From Actinomycetota bacterium (lineage in GTDB: Bacteria; Actinomycetota; Acidimicrobiia; Spongiisociales; UBA4744), in contig JAADGS010000063.1 in NCBI GenBank assembly GCA_013152275.1, forward strand, positions 62,001-86,402: 24,402 bases of DNA, in the 5' to 3' direction. The position numbers and the translations under genes are program-made. Below the pieces are notes generated by a model. That model saw only the letters and a program-made list of their open reading frames with translations. It made no database searches and was not told where the DNA came from. Positions 1 to 10,685 of this stretch are shown one piece after another (the first letter of the stretch is position 1; the number at the start of each line of letters is the position of its first letter).

Positions 1-271
1 TCGGGCTGTACAGGTACCACGAGAAGGAGATCCCCCGTTGGCACCCTCTCGGCTCGTACGGTGGAAGGCCGTCTTCGAGACGCGGATAATCGGTGGCCTG
101 CAACTCCCAGGTCACGATGCCGTCCTTGACGAACACCTCCCAGGAACAACTCCCCGTGCAGTTCACCCCGTGGGTGGTGCGCACCCGCTTGTCGTGCTGG
201 AAGCGGTTTCGGTAGAACTCCTCCCACTTGCGCTCCGCCGGAGCGACTTTCTCTTGCGTCCAATCCTTCAT
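1..271 (-). CDS. narG: Respiratory nitrate reductase / nitrite oxidoreductase alpha subunit (Mo-bisPGD), N-terminal 90 codons; continues beyond the left edge
   Basis: Manual translation from ATG at 271 (ATGA overlap with the cytochrome c stop) gives [90 protein letters not shown]. It has the FS0 motif HGVNCTGSC...PRGC and no twin-arginine signal. Confidence 0.95.
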   Translation of the reverse strand, partial: MKDWTQEKVAPAERKWEEFYRNRFQHDKRVRTTHGVNCTGSCSWEVFVKDGIVTWELQATDYPRLEDGLPPYEPRGCQRGISFSWYLYSP

Positions 272-1074
272 CGCCCGCTCCTCAGTCGTTCCACATAACT
301 CGTCCGTGATCTCCTGAATATCAACATCACCCCGAACAACACCACTGCACCGATCACACCCAGGACCAACAGCAGATCGACCCCGCCCGACGAAGGCTGT
401 GTCGTCGCGAAGTATGCGGCGAGGTCGGCCCGCTCCGCGTCCGTGAAGGGGCTCGCCCCGAACACCGGTTGCATCGTCGGGGACGGCGGGTTGGCCAGGA
501 CGGCGAAGACACCGTCGGTGCCTCCGAATCGAGCAGACAGGTCGGTGAGGTCCGGTCCCAGCGTGCTGCCACCGAGGTTGGTGTGGCTGCCTGCACTGTG
601 ACATGCGATGCAGGCCGGTCCGCCTCCGTCCAGCCGCTGCACACCGACGAAGATCGCCTCGCCACGCTCGGCGGAGCCGGTCACGGCCGCCGCGGTCGGC
701 ACGGTTACACCCGCGGTAGTAGTGGTCCCGGCCGGCGACCCTTGCAGATCACCCTGCACGTGACCGATCAGCGCGGCGATGTCTGCGTCGCTCAGTGAGG
801 AGAACGGAGGCATGACGCCGTCGTATTGGACTCCGAGCACCTCGATCGGCCCCGAAAGCCCCCCGGTGATCACGGTGCGCACGAACTCGGCATCCTGAAC
901 TGCCGGGTTGCCGGCGAGAGGGGGGAACGATCCTGCAACGCCTTCGCCGGTGGGACCGTGGCACGCCGCACAATTCGTCTGGTAGATGGTGGCGCCGTCG
1001 GGTTCGGCGGCCGAGGCCGCAGGCACGACGGCCATCGTCATGAACAGCGTCGCCGCGACGAGGTAGCGGATCAT
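268..1074 (-). CDS. Membrane-anchored di-heme c-type cytochrome (NarC-like)
   Basis: Sec signal peptide, two CxxCH motifs (CAACH, CIACH) each with a downstream Met candidate ligand (GVMPP, PTMQP), a Thr/Ala-rich linker, and a C-terminal TM helix followed by a basic tail. Directly coupled to narG. Confidence 0.9.
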   Translation of the reverse strand: MIRYLVAATLFMTMAVVPAASAAEPDGATIYQTNCAACHGPTGEGVAGSFPPLAGNPAVQDAEFVRTVITGGLSGPIEVLGVQYDGVMPPFSSLSDADIAALIGHVQGDLQGSPAGTTTTAGVTVPTAAAVTGSAERGEAIFVGVQRLDGGGPACIACHSAGSHTNLGGSTLGPDLTDLSARFGGTDGVFAVLANPPSPTMQPVFGASPFTDAERADLAAYFATTQPSSGGVDLLLVLGVIGAVVLFGVMLIFRRSRTSYVERLRSGR

Positions 1075-1481
1075 GGATGGACTCCTTCCTCGATGTCCGA
1101 GATCTTGGTGTTCGCGAGTTCGGCCAAGAGGGCGTCACGGGCCCGACTCCATGCATCGTGCAAGGCGCAATGCTCGGTCACCGGACAGGGGGTTCCTCTC
1201 AGCACGCAGCTGCCGTCGACGGTCGGGCCCTCGACCGCCTCGATGAGATTCAGCAACGAAATCTCCGACGTGTTCGTATCCAGCCGGTAGCCCCCTGTAG
1301 GGCCCGGCTCGGAGACCACCCAGCCCTTCACTACCAGCGGCTTCATCACCTGGGCGATGAATGGAGCCGTGGTCCCGATGATCCCGGCCAGGTCTGCGCC
1401 CTTGACGAGACCATCGGTGTGATCGAGCTCGAGTACTGCCTTCAATGCGAGATCGGCTTTCTTCGTGATCTCGAGCCGCAT
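1071..1481 (-). CDS. Rrf2-family Fe-S transcriptional regulator (NsrR/IscR-like), 136 aa
   Basis: Likely start is MRLEITKKADLALKA at 1481 (TGATG overlap with the narK stop); the ORF-track extension to 1988 overlaps narK. Contains the wHTH wing GPTGGYRL, the ISLLNLIEAVEG segment and C-X6-C-X5-C-X2-H. Confidence 0.9.
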   Translation of the reverse strand: MRLEITKKADLALKAVLELDHTDGLVKGADLAGIIGTTAPFIAQVMKPLVVKGWVVSEPGPTGGYRLDTNTSEISLLNLIEAVEGPTVDGSCVLRGTPCPVTEHCALHDAWSRARDALLAELANTKISDIEEGVHP

Positions 1482-2779
1482 CACACCACCTGGGCCACCG
1501 GGTGTTGCGCGGCCCTCTTCAGCCCATAGGCTACGCCGAGTGACAGCACGGCGAGGATCACGAATACGACAAACCCCGTCGCGTATCCCGAGAGATCCGT
1601 GCCTTTGACGAAGAGACCCATCAACGGGGGAACGGCGAAGCCTCCGAAAGCGCCCAGGCCTCCGACCCACCCGGCTGCACCGCCGACCGCCTCGGGGACT
1701 TCCTGTGGTACCAGTTTGAAGACGGCGGCGTTGTTCACGCCCATGCCGATCGCCATGAGGATCTCTGCAAACAGCGAAAGCCCGACACTCGTCGAGAGCG
1801 TCATCAGCACGGCACCTGCCAGCAGCGAGGCAAGCGACAAGATGGCCGTCAGCTCTCCGCCGATTCGGTCCGCGACCGAGCCACCGACGATGCGAATCAA
1901 CGAAGCGAGGATCGAGAACGTCGCGGTGAACGCTCCCGCCGCGACAAGGGAGACCCCCAGGTACTCTTTCCAGTAGGTGGGAAGCCACGCGGTCAGGGCT
2001 ATGAACCCGCCGAAGGTCGTGAAGTAGAGCACCACCATCGCCCAGGTCTTCCAGTTGCGTGCCGAGATCTGGAGCGTTTGGAGCGCCGTCCCTGCAGGGA
2101 ACAGTTCCTCGCCGAGTTCCTGTGCACGCGTCTTGGACTCCTCGACGGAGAGCCCGTGGTCACGGAACTGGAAGAATGGGGCGTTCTGGCCCATGCGCCA
2201 GTAGAGGAATGTGCCGACGACGAGCAGCCCGAGCCATGCAATATAGGCGGTGGAGAGGCCCGCGGCACTCAGGATCAACGGCAGCAGGAACGAGAACATA
2301 CCCGGAGCAAGGTTTCCGGCACCTGCGAACGTGCCGAGCGCCCAGCCCTGGCGTGACTGCGGATACCAGTACGACACCTGGCTGATCCCCACGGAGAACG
2401 TGGCGATCCCCGCCCCGCTCAGCACTCCGAGCAGCAACAGGAGCGGATACATTCCCGGTGTCAGATTATCCGGATAGAGGGTTGTGACGATGACGGCAAG
2501 ACCCGTCATACCCACCACCGACGACAGGAGCAACACGATGAACGGCTTACGTCCCCCTGTCGTGTCGACCCACGCAGAGAACGGAATCCTCAGCAGCGAT
2601 CCCGAGAGTGCCGGCGCAGCCACCAACAAACCGACCTGTCCCGGGGACAGGTCCATGATCTCCTTGAACTTGTGAGCGGTAGGTCCGAAGAGCGCCACCG
2701 CAGCGAACCCGAAGAAGAAACCGAGAGTGGCGGCAAGGAGGCCGGAGCTCGGTGTCCCCTTCGTCCGAAGGTCAGCCAT
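1481..2779 (-). CDS. narK: NarK/NNP-family nitrate/nitrite MFS transporter
   Basis: About 12 hydrophobic helices, nitrate-signature arginines in GSLLRIPF and SLIRIVGG, GAGNL and GWVGGLGAFGGF motifs, and a GGAGG RBS upstream. Confidence 0.92.
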   Translation of the reverse strand: MADLRTKGTPSSGLLAATLGFFFGFAAVALFGPTAHKFKEIMDLSPGQVGLLVAAPALSGSLLRIPFSAWVDTTGGRKPFIVLLLSSVVGMTGLAVIVTTLYPDNLTPGMYPLLLLLGVLSGAGIATFSVGISQVSYWYPQSRQGWALGTFAGAGNLAPGMFSFLLPLILSAAGLSTAYIAWLGLLVVGTFLYWRMGQNAPFFQFRDHGLSVEESKTRAQELGEELFPAGTALQTLQISARNWKTWAMVVLYFTTFGGFIALTAWLPTYWKEYLGVSLVAAGAFTATFSILASLIRIVGGSVADRIGGELTAILSLASLLAGAVLMTLSTSVGLSLFAEILMAIGMGVNNAAVFKLVPQEVPEAVGGAAGWVGGLGAFGGFAVPPLMGLFVKGTDLSGYATGFVVFVILAVLSLGVAYGLKRAAQHPVAQVV

Positions 2780-2790
2780 GTTTCCTCCAA

Positions 2791-2811
2791 GACTCTCTTA
2801 GTCCATGACTA
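2791..2811. promoter_or_regulatory. Candidate Rrf2 operator: GACT-N5-AGTC (2791-2803) overlapping TAGTC-N3-GACTA (2799-2811)
   Basis: Inverted repeats lie between the promoter and the narK RBS. The GACT-N5-AGTC core resembles the IscR type-1 site core. Confidence 0.45.
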
Positions 2812-2823
2812 TACGACTCCGCG

Positions 2824-2853
2824 ACCATACCGCCCCGTCGACTCGCTTGTCAA
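2824..2853 (-). promoter_or_regulatory. Housekeeping sigma70-type promoter for the narK operon
   Basis: Minus strand reads TTGACA (2853-2848) - 18 nt - TATGGT (2829-2824), about 45 nt upstream of the narK ATG. Confidence 0.65.
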
Positions 2854-2870
2854 CCTCTGCGGTTGGGGGA

Positions 2871-4223
2871 TCAGCCCTCTGGTTCTCCGTCCGTGGATTC
2901 TCCGGCGATTGGGCCGTTTCCCGCGATCGGCGGGAGCGGAAACTGGTCGGGTTGGTGCCATTCGGGTCGGGCCCGGGCAGGCGGTTCGGTCACACTCCCC
3001 TGTTGGAAACCCGAGGCGGACGGTACCCCGACCGGTGGTCCGGTCGCGCTCCCCTGTTGACGACTCGAGGCCAAGCCGACCGTCCACGCACCCAGACCGA
3101 GGACTGCCATGATCAGGGCAACGACGGTGCCGAAGACAGGGATCAACAACGAGATCACCCACAGCAGCGAGCCGACGAGGAAACCGGCCTGGCCACTGCG
3201 CCGCCATCCCAGGAGCCGACCTCCTACCGCCGTCAACACGGGGATCGGAGCCAGGAGCACCCCGAGCATGATCATCCCAAGCACCGCGAGCGCGATCGGC
3301 CCTCCGACGACGACCACCGGCAGTGCCATCTCCGGGGAAGCGGCAAGTGCCAGCCCGGCGGCGAAACTGATGAGCAGGATCGGCACCGTCATTGCTGCCA
3401 GCCCGACGAAGAACGTACGCACCGGGGACTGCCGAACCGCAGCCACCGAGCGTTGCAGCATACGCGGTGCAGCCCAGAACATCAGGAATCCGAAGATCAT
3501 GACCGTGAGCACGGTCACCAGTTGCGTCAGCGCGAACATCGCCTGCACGGCCACATTGGGACGGACGGGTTCCCGATGCACGATCTGCCGTCCGACATCC
3601 ACACCCTTCCCGATGACCGCATCGGCCGAAGACCGATAACCGAGCGTCCCCCCGATCCGCGTCCCTGCAGCGACCTCCAACCGGCCGACCGTCATGTCGA
3701 CATCACCGTCGATGGAACCGCCGATCCGTGCACGGTCGATCGTCTGCCCACCGATGTCCCGTCCAACGGTGCCGGACGCGTCGAGGTTGAAGGTCCATGC
3801 GAGCAGATCCCGACCGATGTCGCCGGTAACGGTCACCTGCGACGCTCCGGCGAGAAGGTCACCTCCGATCTTCCCGTCGACCCGCACCGTGGCCGCCCCG
3901 ACCCTGACGGACCCGTCGACGGTTCCGGTGATCACGACACTCGACGCCACACCGGTCACGCTGCCCAGCACGTGGCCGCTGATCAGGACTTCCCCGGTGG
4001 CGGCAAGGAGCACATCTCCCTCCACGGTCCCTTCGATGACGATCCGGTTCCCGGCCGCATAGAGGTCCTCGCTCACGACATCGCCCTTCTGTACCAGAAC
4101 GAGGTCTGCTCCGGCCCGATCGGCCGTGACGAACGGGGCGTGTGCCGCAGCAGGTGCGGCAGAGATGAAAAGCAGCAGCCCGGAAGCCATGAGAAGTGTG
4201 GCGAGTCGAAGTGAGGTCTTCAT
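2871..4223 (-). CDS. Secreted/membrane protein with a bactofilin-like (polymer-forming cytoskeletal) beta-helix repeat region and a C-terminal multi-TM domain
   Basis: Signal peptide ending APAAA-HA, repeated (V/I)xIxGxVxG(D/S)V units, about 5 C-terminal TM helices and a Pro-rich tail. Start is ATG at 4223 or 4235. Confidence 0.75.
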   Translation of the reverse strand: MKTSLRLATLLMASGLLLFISAAPAAAHAPFVTADRAGADLVLVQKGDVVSEDLYAAGNRIVIEGTVEGDVLLAATGEVLISGHVLGSVTGVASSVVITGTVDGSVRVGAATVRVDGKIGGDLLAGASQVTVTGDIGRDLLAWTFNLDASGTVGRDIGGQTIDRARIGGSIDGDVDMTVGRLEVAAGTRIGGTLGYRSSADAVIGKGVDVGRQIVHREPVRPNVAVQAMFALTQLVTVLTVMIFGFLMFWAAPRMLQRSVAAVRQSPVRTFFVGLAAMTVPILLISFAAGLALAASPEMALPVVVVGGPIALAVLGMIMLGVLLAPIPVLTAVGGRLLGWRRSGQAGFLVGSLLWVISLLIPVFGTVVALIMAVLGLGAWTVGLASSRQQGSATGPPVGVPSASGFQQGSVTEPPARARPEWHQPDQFPLPPIAGNGPIAGESTDGEPEG

Positions 4224-4261
4224 GTCTGGCACCATTCTGGCCGAATCGTGACCACAGCGGC

Positions 4262-4309
4262 GAACCCAGGGCTCAGGGGGGTCGCCAGACCCCCCTGAGC
4301 CCTGGGTTC
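4262..4309 (-). terminator. Perfect 22-bp inverted repeat with a 4-nt loop downstream of nuoN; probable terminator/mRNA stabiliser
   Basis: GAACCCAGGGCTCAGGGGGGTC-gcca-GACCCCCCTGAGCCCTGGGTTC, 7 nt after the nuoN stop, with no U-tract. Confidence 0.7.
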
Positions 4310-4316
4310 AACGGTT

Positions 4317-5775
4317 TCAGAAGGGGAACGCTTGTCGGGCGACGTCGAGAAGTGGGCCGGGAATGATTCCGAACACCAGCGTGATCGCGACGGCGATGAT
4401 CAGCACCCATCGCGTTCCGCCGACGGCCTCGAAGCGCCTCGGGGCGGCGCCGGGCGCTTCGGCAAGCGCAGGCGACTGCATGTACATCAGCACGATGACC
4501 CGCAGGTAGAAGAAGAATCCGGCCACCGAGGCGAGCACGGCGAGGATCACGAGCCACTCGAAACCCGCGCTCCACGCCGCCGTGAACGCCGCGAATTTCG
4601 CAATGAATCCCGAGGTGAGCGGCATGCCCGACATGGCAATCATGAACAGTGCCAGCGAGCCCGCGAGCAGCGGCGAACGCTCGGCAAGTCCGGTGTAGTC
4701 GCTGAGCGGCGATTCGGCTCCGGTCGGCCCCGCCACCGCGGCGACCACGCCAAATGCGCCCAGGAGTTGCACGGTGTACACCGCCAGGTAGAACCAGACC
4801 GCGGGCATGCCGACGCCGCCTGCCGTGAGGGCAGTCAGGATGAATCCCGCATGCGCCACCGACGAGTAGGCGAGCATCCGGCGAATGTCCGTCTGCGCGA
4901 TCGCCAACAACACCCCGACGACGATCGAGATGGCGGCGAGAAGAGCGAGACCGGATGACCACTCGTCGATGAACTTCGGAAACGCGAAGATCAGGATCCT
5001 GCCGAGAGCGGCAAAAGCACCGATCTTGGCCGCAGCGACCATGAAACCGACGATGCCGGCCGGGGATCCCTGATATGCATCCGGCGCCCACACGTGGAAC
5101 GGTGCGGCGGATACCTTGAAGGCAACTCCGACGATCAGCAGGGCCATGCCGACCTGCACGACTCCCGGACGCAACAACACGTGTGTGGAGAAGAACTGGC
5201 CGATGCCGATGACGGAGAGGGATCCCGTCCCCGCGAACACCAGCGCGGCGCCGTAGATGAACACCGCCGAAGCGAACGATCCGAGGAGGAAGTACTTGAG
5301 TGCAGCCTCGTCGGCCTGCAACGTCTTTCTCGTTATCCCCGCGAGCACATACAGCGACATCGACGCCACCTCGAGACCCAGGAAGATCAGAACCAGGTTC
5401 GCCGCGGTCGCCATGAACATGAAACCGGCCGCTGCCATGAACACGAGCACGATGCCTTCGGCGCCTCGCCGGCCCAGTTCTTTCACCATCCCCCAGCCTG
5501 CGGCGAGGCCGAGCCCTGCGACACCGACGAGAAGGAAACTCGCGAACGCCCCGAACGTATCGGTGATGAGCATCCCGGAGAATGATGAGCTCGGCGCTTC
5601 TGACGCGGATGCCCACTGGAACCCGACGGCCACCCCCGCCAGCACGAGGGTCGTCGCCGCCAGCCACGCGTGCACTCTCGGGGAGGGCTTGCGGAAGACA
5701 TCCACCATCAGCACGACGACTGCCCCCAGCGTGAGGATGATCTCGGGTCCGACGGCCAGGTAGGAGATGTTCACG

Positions 5776-5783
<8 letters not shown>
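4317..5783 (-). CDS. nuoN: NADH-quinone oxidoreductase subunit N
   Basis: EAALKYFLLG, FKVSAAPFHVWAPDAYQG and RMLAYSSVAHAG motifs; last gene of the operon. The exact GTG start (5786/5783/5774) is uncertain. Confidence 0.96.
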
Positions 5784-7329
<1,546 letters not shown>

Positions 7330-7331
7330 CG

Positions 7332-9236
7332 CTACAGCCCTCCCGTGCTCAGGAACCAGATGACGAAGCCGACCACGCCCGCTGCGATCGTCAGCGCATA
7401 GTTACGTACGTAGCCGCTCTGCAGAGGTCGCAGCGCGGCTCCGATCCGACGAACGACGTTGCCGATGCCGTTCACGGCACCGTCGATGAACTTCTGATCC
7501 AAGACGAATGCCGACCAGGCGGAGGCGAGCTTGCCCGGAGCTACGACGAGGGTGCCGTACACGTCGTCCATGTAGTAGGCGTTCCCCATGCGACGCCACA
7601 GTGAGGGGATGTTCGTCGTCCATGATTCTTCCGCTCCGTCCGGACGGGTATAGAGCCGCCATGCGATGACCATCCCAGCCAGGGCGACGAGCACCGAGAG
7701 CGCTGCCAGGAGCCACAGGAGCAGTCCCCCCGGTTCGCCGGCCAGCTTGATCCCTTCGAACGACGGTTCCAGGAAATGCTCGAGACCGGCCCTGAACGGT
7801 GTGTTGATGAGTCCTCCCACGGTCGCCAGGACGGCAAGAACCATCAACGGGATCGTCATGACCTTGGGCGCCTCGTGCGGATGCACTCCCTCATCCCACC
7901 TCGGTTCGCCAAGGAAGGTCAGAACGAACCACCGGGTCATATAGAAGGCGGTGATTCCCGCCGTGATCAATCCGATTGCCCACAGGACGATCCACCAGCC
8001 ACCGCGGTTGAATGCCGTCCCCAGGATCTCGTCCTTCGACCAGAAGCCGGCGAATGGTGGGATACCGGAGATCGCGAGCGTCGCGATCGCCATCGTGAAG
8101 CCTGTGGTCTTCATCTTCGACCACAGGCCTCCCATCTTGAAGATGTTTTGCTCTTCGGACATTCCGTGGATAACGGCACCGGCGCCAAGGAACAACAAGG
8201 CTTTGAAGAACGCATGCGTCATGAGGTGAAAGACACCGGCAACGTAGGCTGCAGACCCGACGCCGAGGAACATGTATCCGAGCTGGCTGATCGTCGAATA
8301 GGCGAGCACTCGCTTGATGTCGGTCTGTGCCATCGCGATCGTCGCGGCGAAGAACGCCGTCAGGGCGCCGATGGTCGCCACCACGATCGAAGCCGTATCG
8401 GACAGCGCGTAGATCGCAGACGTCCTGGCGATCATGAACACGCCTGCGGTAACCATCGTCGCGGCATGGATCAAAGCCGAGACCGGCGTGGGACCTTCCA
8501 TGGCGTCCGGCAGCCACACATACAAGGGCAGCTGTGCGGACTTGCCGGTGGCGCCCACGAGAAGCAACAGCCCGACGGCGGTGGCCGCCCCCGCACCCAG
8601 CAGCTTTCCAGGATCGTCGAGCACGGTCGTGTACGAAAGCGTCCCGAAGGTCGCGAAGATGACCATCAGGCCGATGAGGAAGCCGAAGTCGCCGATCCGG
8701 TTGACGATGAACGCCTTCTTGCCGGCGGCTGCAGCACTCGGGCGGACATACCAGAACGAGATCAGCAGGTACGAGCACAAGCCGACCAATTCCCAACCTA
8801 CGAAGAGAATCGCAAAGTTGTTCGCCAGCACGAGGGTGAGCATCGACGTGGCAAACAGGTTCAGATAGACGAAGAAGCGCGCGTAGCGATCATCCCCATG
8901 CATGTACCCGATGGCGTACACATGGATCACGGCTCCGACACCTGCCACGATGAGCACCATGAGTGCCGCGAGGGGATCCCACAGCAGCTCGGCAGTGGCA
9001 CCGAGGGCGGGAATCCAGTCGAACAGGCGCACGACATGCGCCTCGGCATTACCTTGGAAGAGAGGGATCGCGGCGATCAGGCCGATCAGGAACGACCCCC
9101 CGATCGTGGTCGAAGCGATCCATCCTGCGAGGGGTTCGCCGATCCTACGACCGAAGAAGTGCAGGAACACGGTCCCGAGTGCCGGCAGCAGAATGACCAG
9201 CCAGATGTTGCGAATGAAGAACTCGGTCATCCTCAT
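7332..9236 (-). CDS. nuoL: NADH-quinone oxidoreductase subunit L
   Basis: [42 protein letters not shown] and the C-terminal QSGYVRNY. Start is 9236 or 9230. Confidence 0.97.
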   Translation of the reverse strand: MRMTEFFIRNIWLVILLPALGTVFLHFFGRRIGEPLAGWIASTTIGGSFLIGLIAAIPLFQGNAEAHVVRLFDWIPALGATAELLWDPLAALMVLIVAGVGAVIHVYAIGYMHGDDRYARFFVYLNLFATSMLTLVLANNFAILFVGWELVGLCSYLLISFWYVRPSAAAAGKKAFIVNRIGDFGFLIGLMVIFATFGTLSYTTVLDDPGKLLGAGAATAVGLLLLVGATGKSAQLPLYVWLPDAMEGPTPVSALIHAATMVTAGVFMIARTSAIYALSDTASIVVATIGALTAFFAATIAMAQTDIKRVLAYSTISQLGYMFLGVGSAAYVAGVFHLMTHAFFKALLFLGAGAVIHGMSEEQNIFKMGGLWSKMKTTGFTMAIATLAISGIPPFAGFWSKDEILGTAFNRGGWWIVLWAIGLITAGITAFYMTRWFVLTFLGEPRWDEGVHPHEAPKVMTIPLMVLAVLATVGGLINTPFRAGLEHFLEPSFEGIKLAGEPGGLLLWLLAALSVLVALAGMVIAWRLYTRPDGAEESWTTNIPSLWRRMGNAYYMDDVYGTLVVAPGKLASAWSAFVLDQKFIDGAVNGIGNVVRRIGAALRPLQSGYVRNYALTIAAGVVGFVIWFLSTGGL

Positions 9237-9538
9237 CCCCTCAACTCATGGAACTCGTCGACAGATGTTGTCTGTCGATTACGGAACACGGCGACAATGA
9301 TCGCCAACCCGACCACGACTTCCGCGGCGGCAACGACGAGGACGAAGAACACCGCGAGTTGGCCGGTGAGATCCCGCAATTGACGGCCGGCCGCGATGAA
9401 CGTCAGGTTGACGGCGTTGAGCATCAACTCGATGCACATGAACATCACGATCGCGTTCCGGCGAACCATGAGCCCGAGCGCTCCGATCGCGAACAGGGCC
9501 GCTGCGAGCGTCATGTACCAGCCTGCGGTAACGATCAT
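9233..9538 (-). CDS. nuoK: NADH-quinone oxidoreductase subunit K
   Basis: Start at MIVTAGWY (ATGA overlap with the nuoJ stop); [20 protein letters not shown] and [11 protein letters not shown] motifs. Confidence 0.95.
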   Translation of the reverse strand: MIVTAGWYMTLAAALFAIGALGLMVRRNAIVMFMCIELMLNAVNLTFIAAGRQLRDLTGQLAVFFVLVVAAAEVVVGLAIIVAVFRNRQTTSVDEFHELRG

Positions 9539-10062
9539 GGCCGCTCCCTCTTCCGAGATGGAAAGTAGGCGAGGGCGATCGCTCCGACCGCCGCAACGAT
9601 GAGCAAGAGCGAGGTCACCTCGAACGGCAGCACCCACTCGCCGAACAGGCCGGCGCCGATCGCTTCTGCGGTCCCGATGGGAGCCTCTCCAGGCTTGGGA
9701 ACCCCGGTGACCCACGACCAGTTGTTTCCGGCAACCACCGCAATGACGACCCCGAGCGTCACCAGGCCGAGCAGAAACACGAGCAGCCGCTGCGTGGGAA
9801 GATGCTCGGTGAGGTCTTCGGAACGGTCGACACCGATGAGCATGATGACGAACAGAAACAGCGTCATGACCGCACCGGCATACACCATCACCTGCACGGC
9901 GGCGACGAAGTGGGCAAGGTGCACGACGTAGAAGACGGCGAGCGACAGCAGCGTGAGGATCAAGCCCATCGCAGACTTGACCGGATTCCTCGCGAACACC
10001 ACCGACAGCGCACCGACCAAGGCGAGGGAACCGAACAAGAAGAACAGAATCAGCTCGGTCAT
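9535..10062 (-). CDS. nuoJ: NADH-quinone oxidoreductase subunit J
   Basis: Start at MTELILFF with a [29 protein letters not shown] and PFEVTSLLL motifs. Confidence 0.95.
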   Translation of the reverse strand: MTELILFFLFGSLALVGALSVVFARNPVKSAMGLILTLLSLAVFYVVHLAHFVAAVQVMVYAGAVMTLFLFVIMLIGVDRSEDLTEHLPTQRLLVFLLGLVTLGVVIAVVAGNNWSWVTGVPKPGEAPIGTAEAIGAGLFGEWVLPFEVTSLLLIVAAVGAIALAYFPSRKRERP

Positions 10063-10685
10063 GTCTCCTCCCCCGATTGCCCTTTCTCGGGTTCGCGGGC
10101 CTTGCCGGCTCTGGGCGTCCATCCGACGACACCTTCATACGCCGCCCTTCCGGCAGGAGCCGTCGCCCGCATCCACCCGTCACCTTCGGTGAGCTCCTCG
10201 TAGTTGGCGAGGGGATCGTCGTCGAACATGTGATTCGGTGAGCCGTCCTCGTTGACGAGGAGCTCTTTCTTCGTGTAGATCGCGTCCTGACGGTCCGTCA
10301 CCGACATCTCGAACAGGTGTGTCATCGTGATGGCCCCGGTCGGGCATGCCTCGACGCAGAGCCCGCAGAAGATGCATCGCAGCATGTTGATGTCGTAGAC
10401 GAACCCGTAGCGCTCCCCCGGGCTGACCGGAGCGTCCGGCGGATTGTCGGCACCTCGCACATAGATGCAATGCGCGGGACATACACCTGCGCACAATTCG
10501 CAACCGATGCACTTTTCGGTGCCGTCCGGATAGCGGTTCAACTGATGTCTGCCGTGGAATCTCTGTGGCTTGACACGGAACTCCTTCGGGTACTGCTCGG
10601 TCACGAGACCGTCTTTGAACACGGTCCTCATTCCGATCCCGAAGGTGACTTTGAGGCCTTTGGCGAACTCGGAGATCATGCCCAT
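10059..10685 (-). CDS. nuoI: NADH-quinone oxidoreductase subunit I
   Basis: Two CxxCxxCxxxCP motifs ([24 protein letters not shown]) plus TEQYP and RFHGRH. Start is 10685 or 10679. Confidence 0.95.
   Translation of the reverse strand: MGMISEFAKGLKVTFGIGMRTVFKDGLVTEQYPKEFRVKPQRFHGRHQLNRYPDGTEKCIGCELCAGVCPAHCIYVRGADNPPDAPVSPGERYGFVYDINMLRCIFCGLCVEACPTGAITMTHLFEMSVTDRQDAIYTKKELLVNEDGSPNHMFDDDPLANYEELTEGDGWMRATAPAGRAAYEGVVGWTPRAGKAREPEKGQSGEET

Noticed and set aside
38..298. 86-aa plus-strand ORF
   Set aside because: It is antisense to the clearly recognisable narG N-terminus.
1482..1988. Apparent N-terminal extension making the Rrf2 protein 305 aa
   Set aside because: It overlaps narK in another frame and is Arg-rich junk. 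The same artefact affects the track calls for nuoK, J, I, C, the GGR and the rhodanese.
2838..2853. Possible FNR box at the narK promoter (TTGAC-N6-GTCGA)
   Set aside because: FNR sites need an N4 spacer; the sequence is better explained as the -35 hexamer.
7776..9383. Long plus-strand ORF (535 aa) and similar ones at 2805-4214, 14111-15517 and 16028-17626
   Set aside because: These are antisense shadows of well-supported minus-strand genes, expected from high-GC codon bias, with no recognisable motifs.
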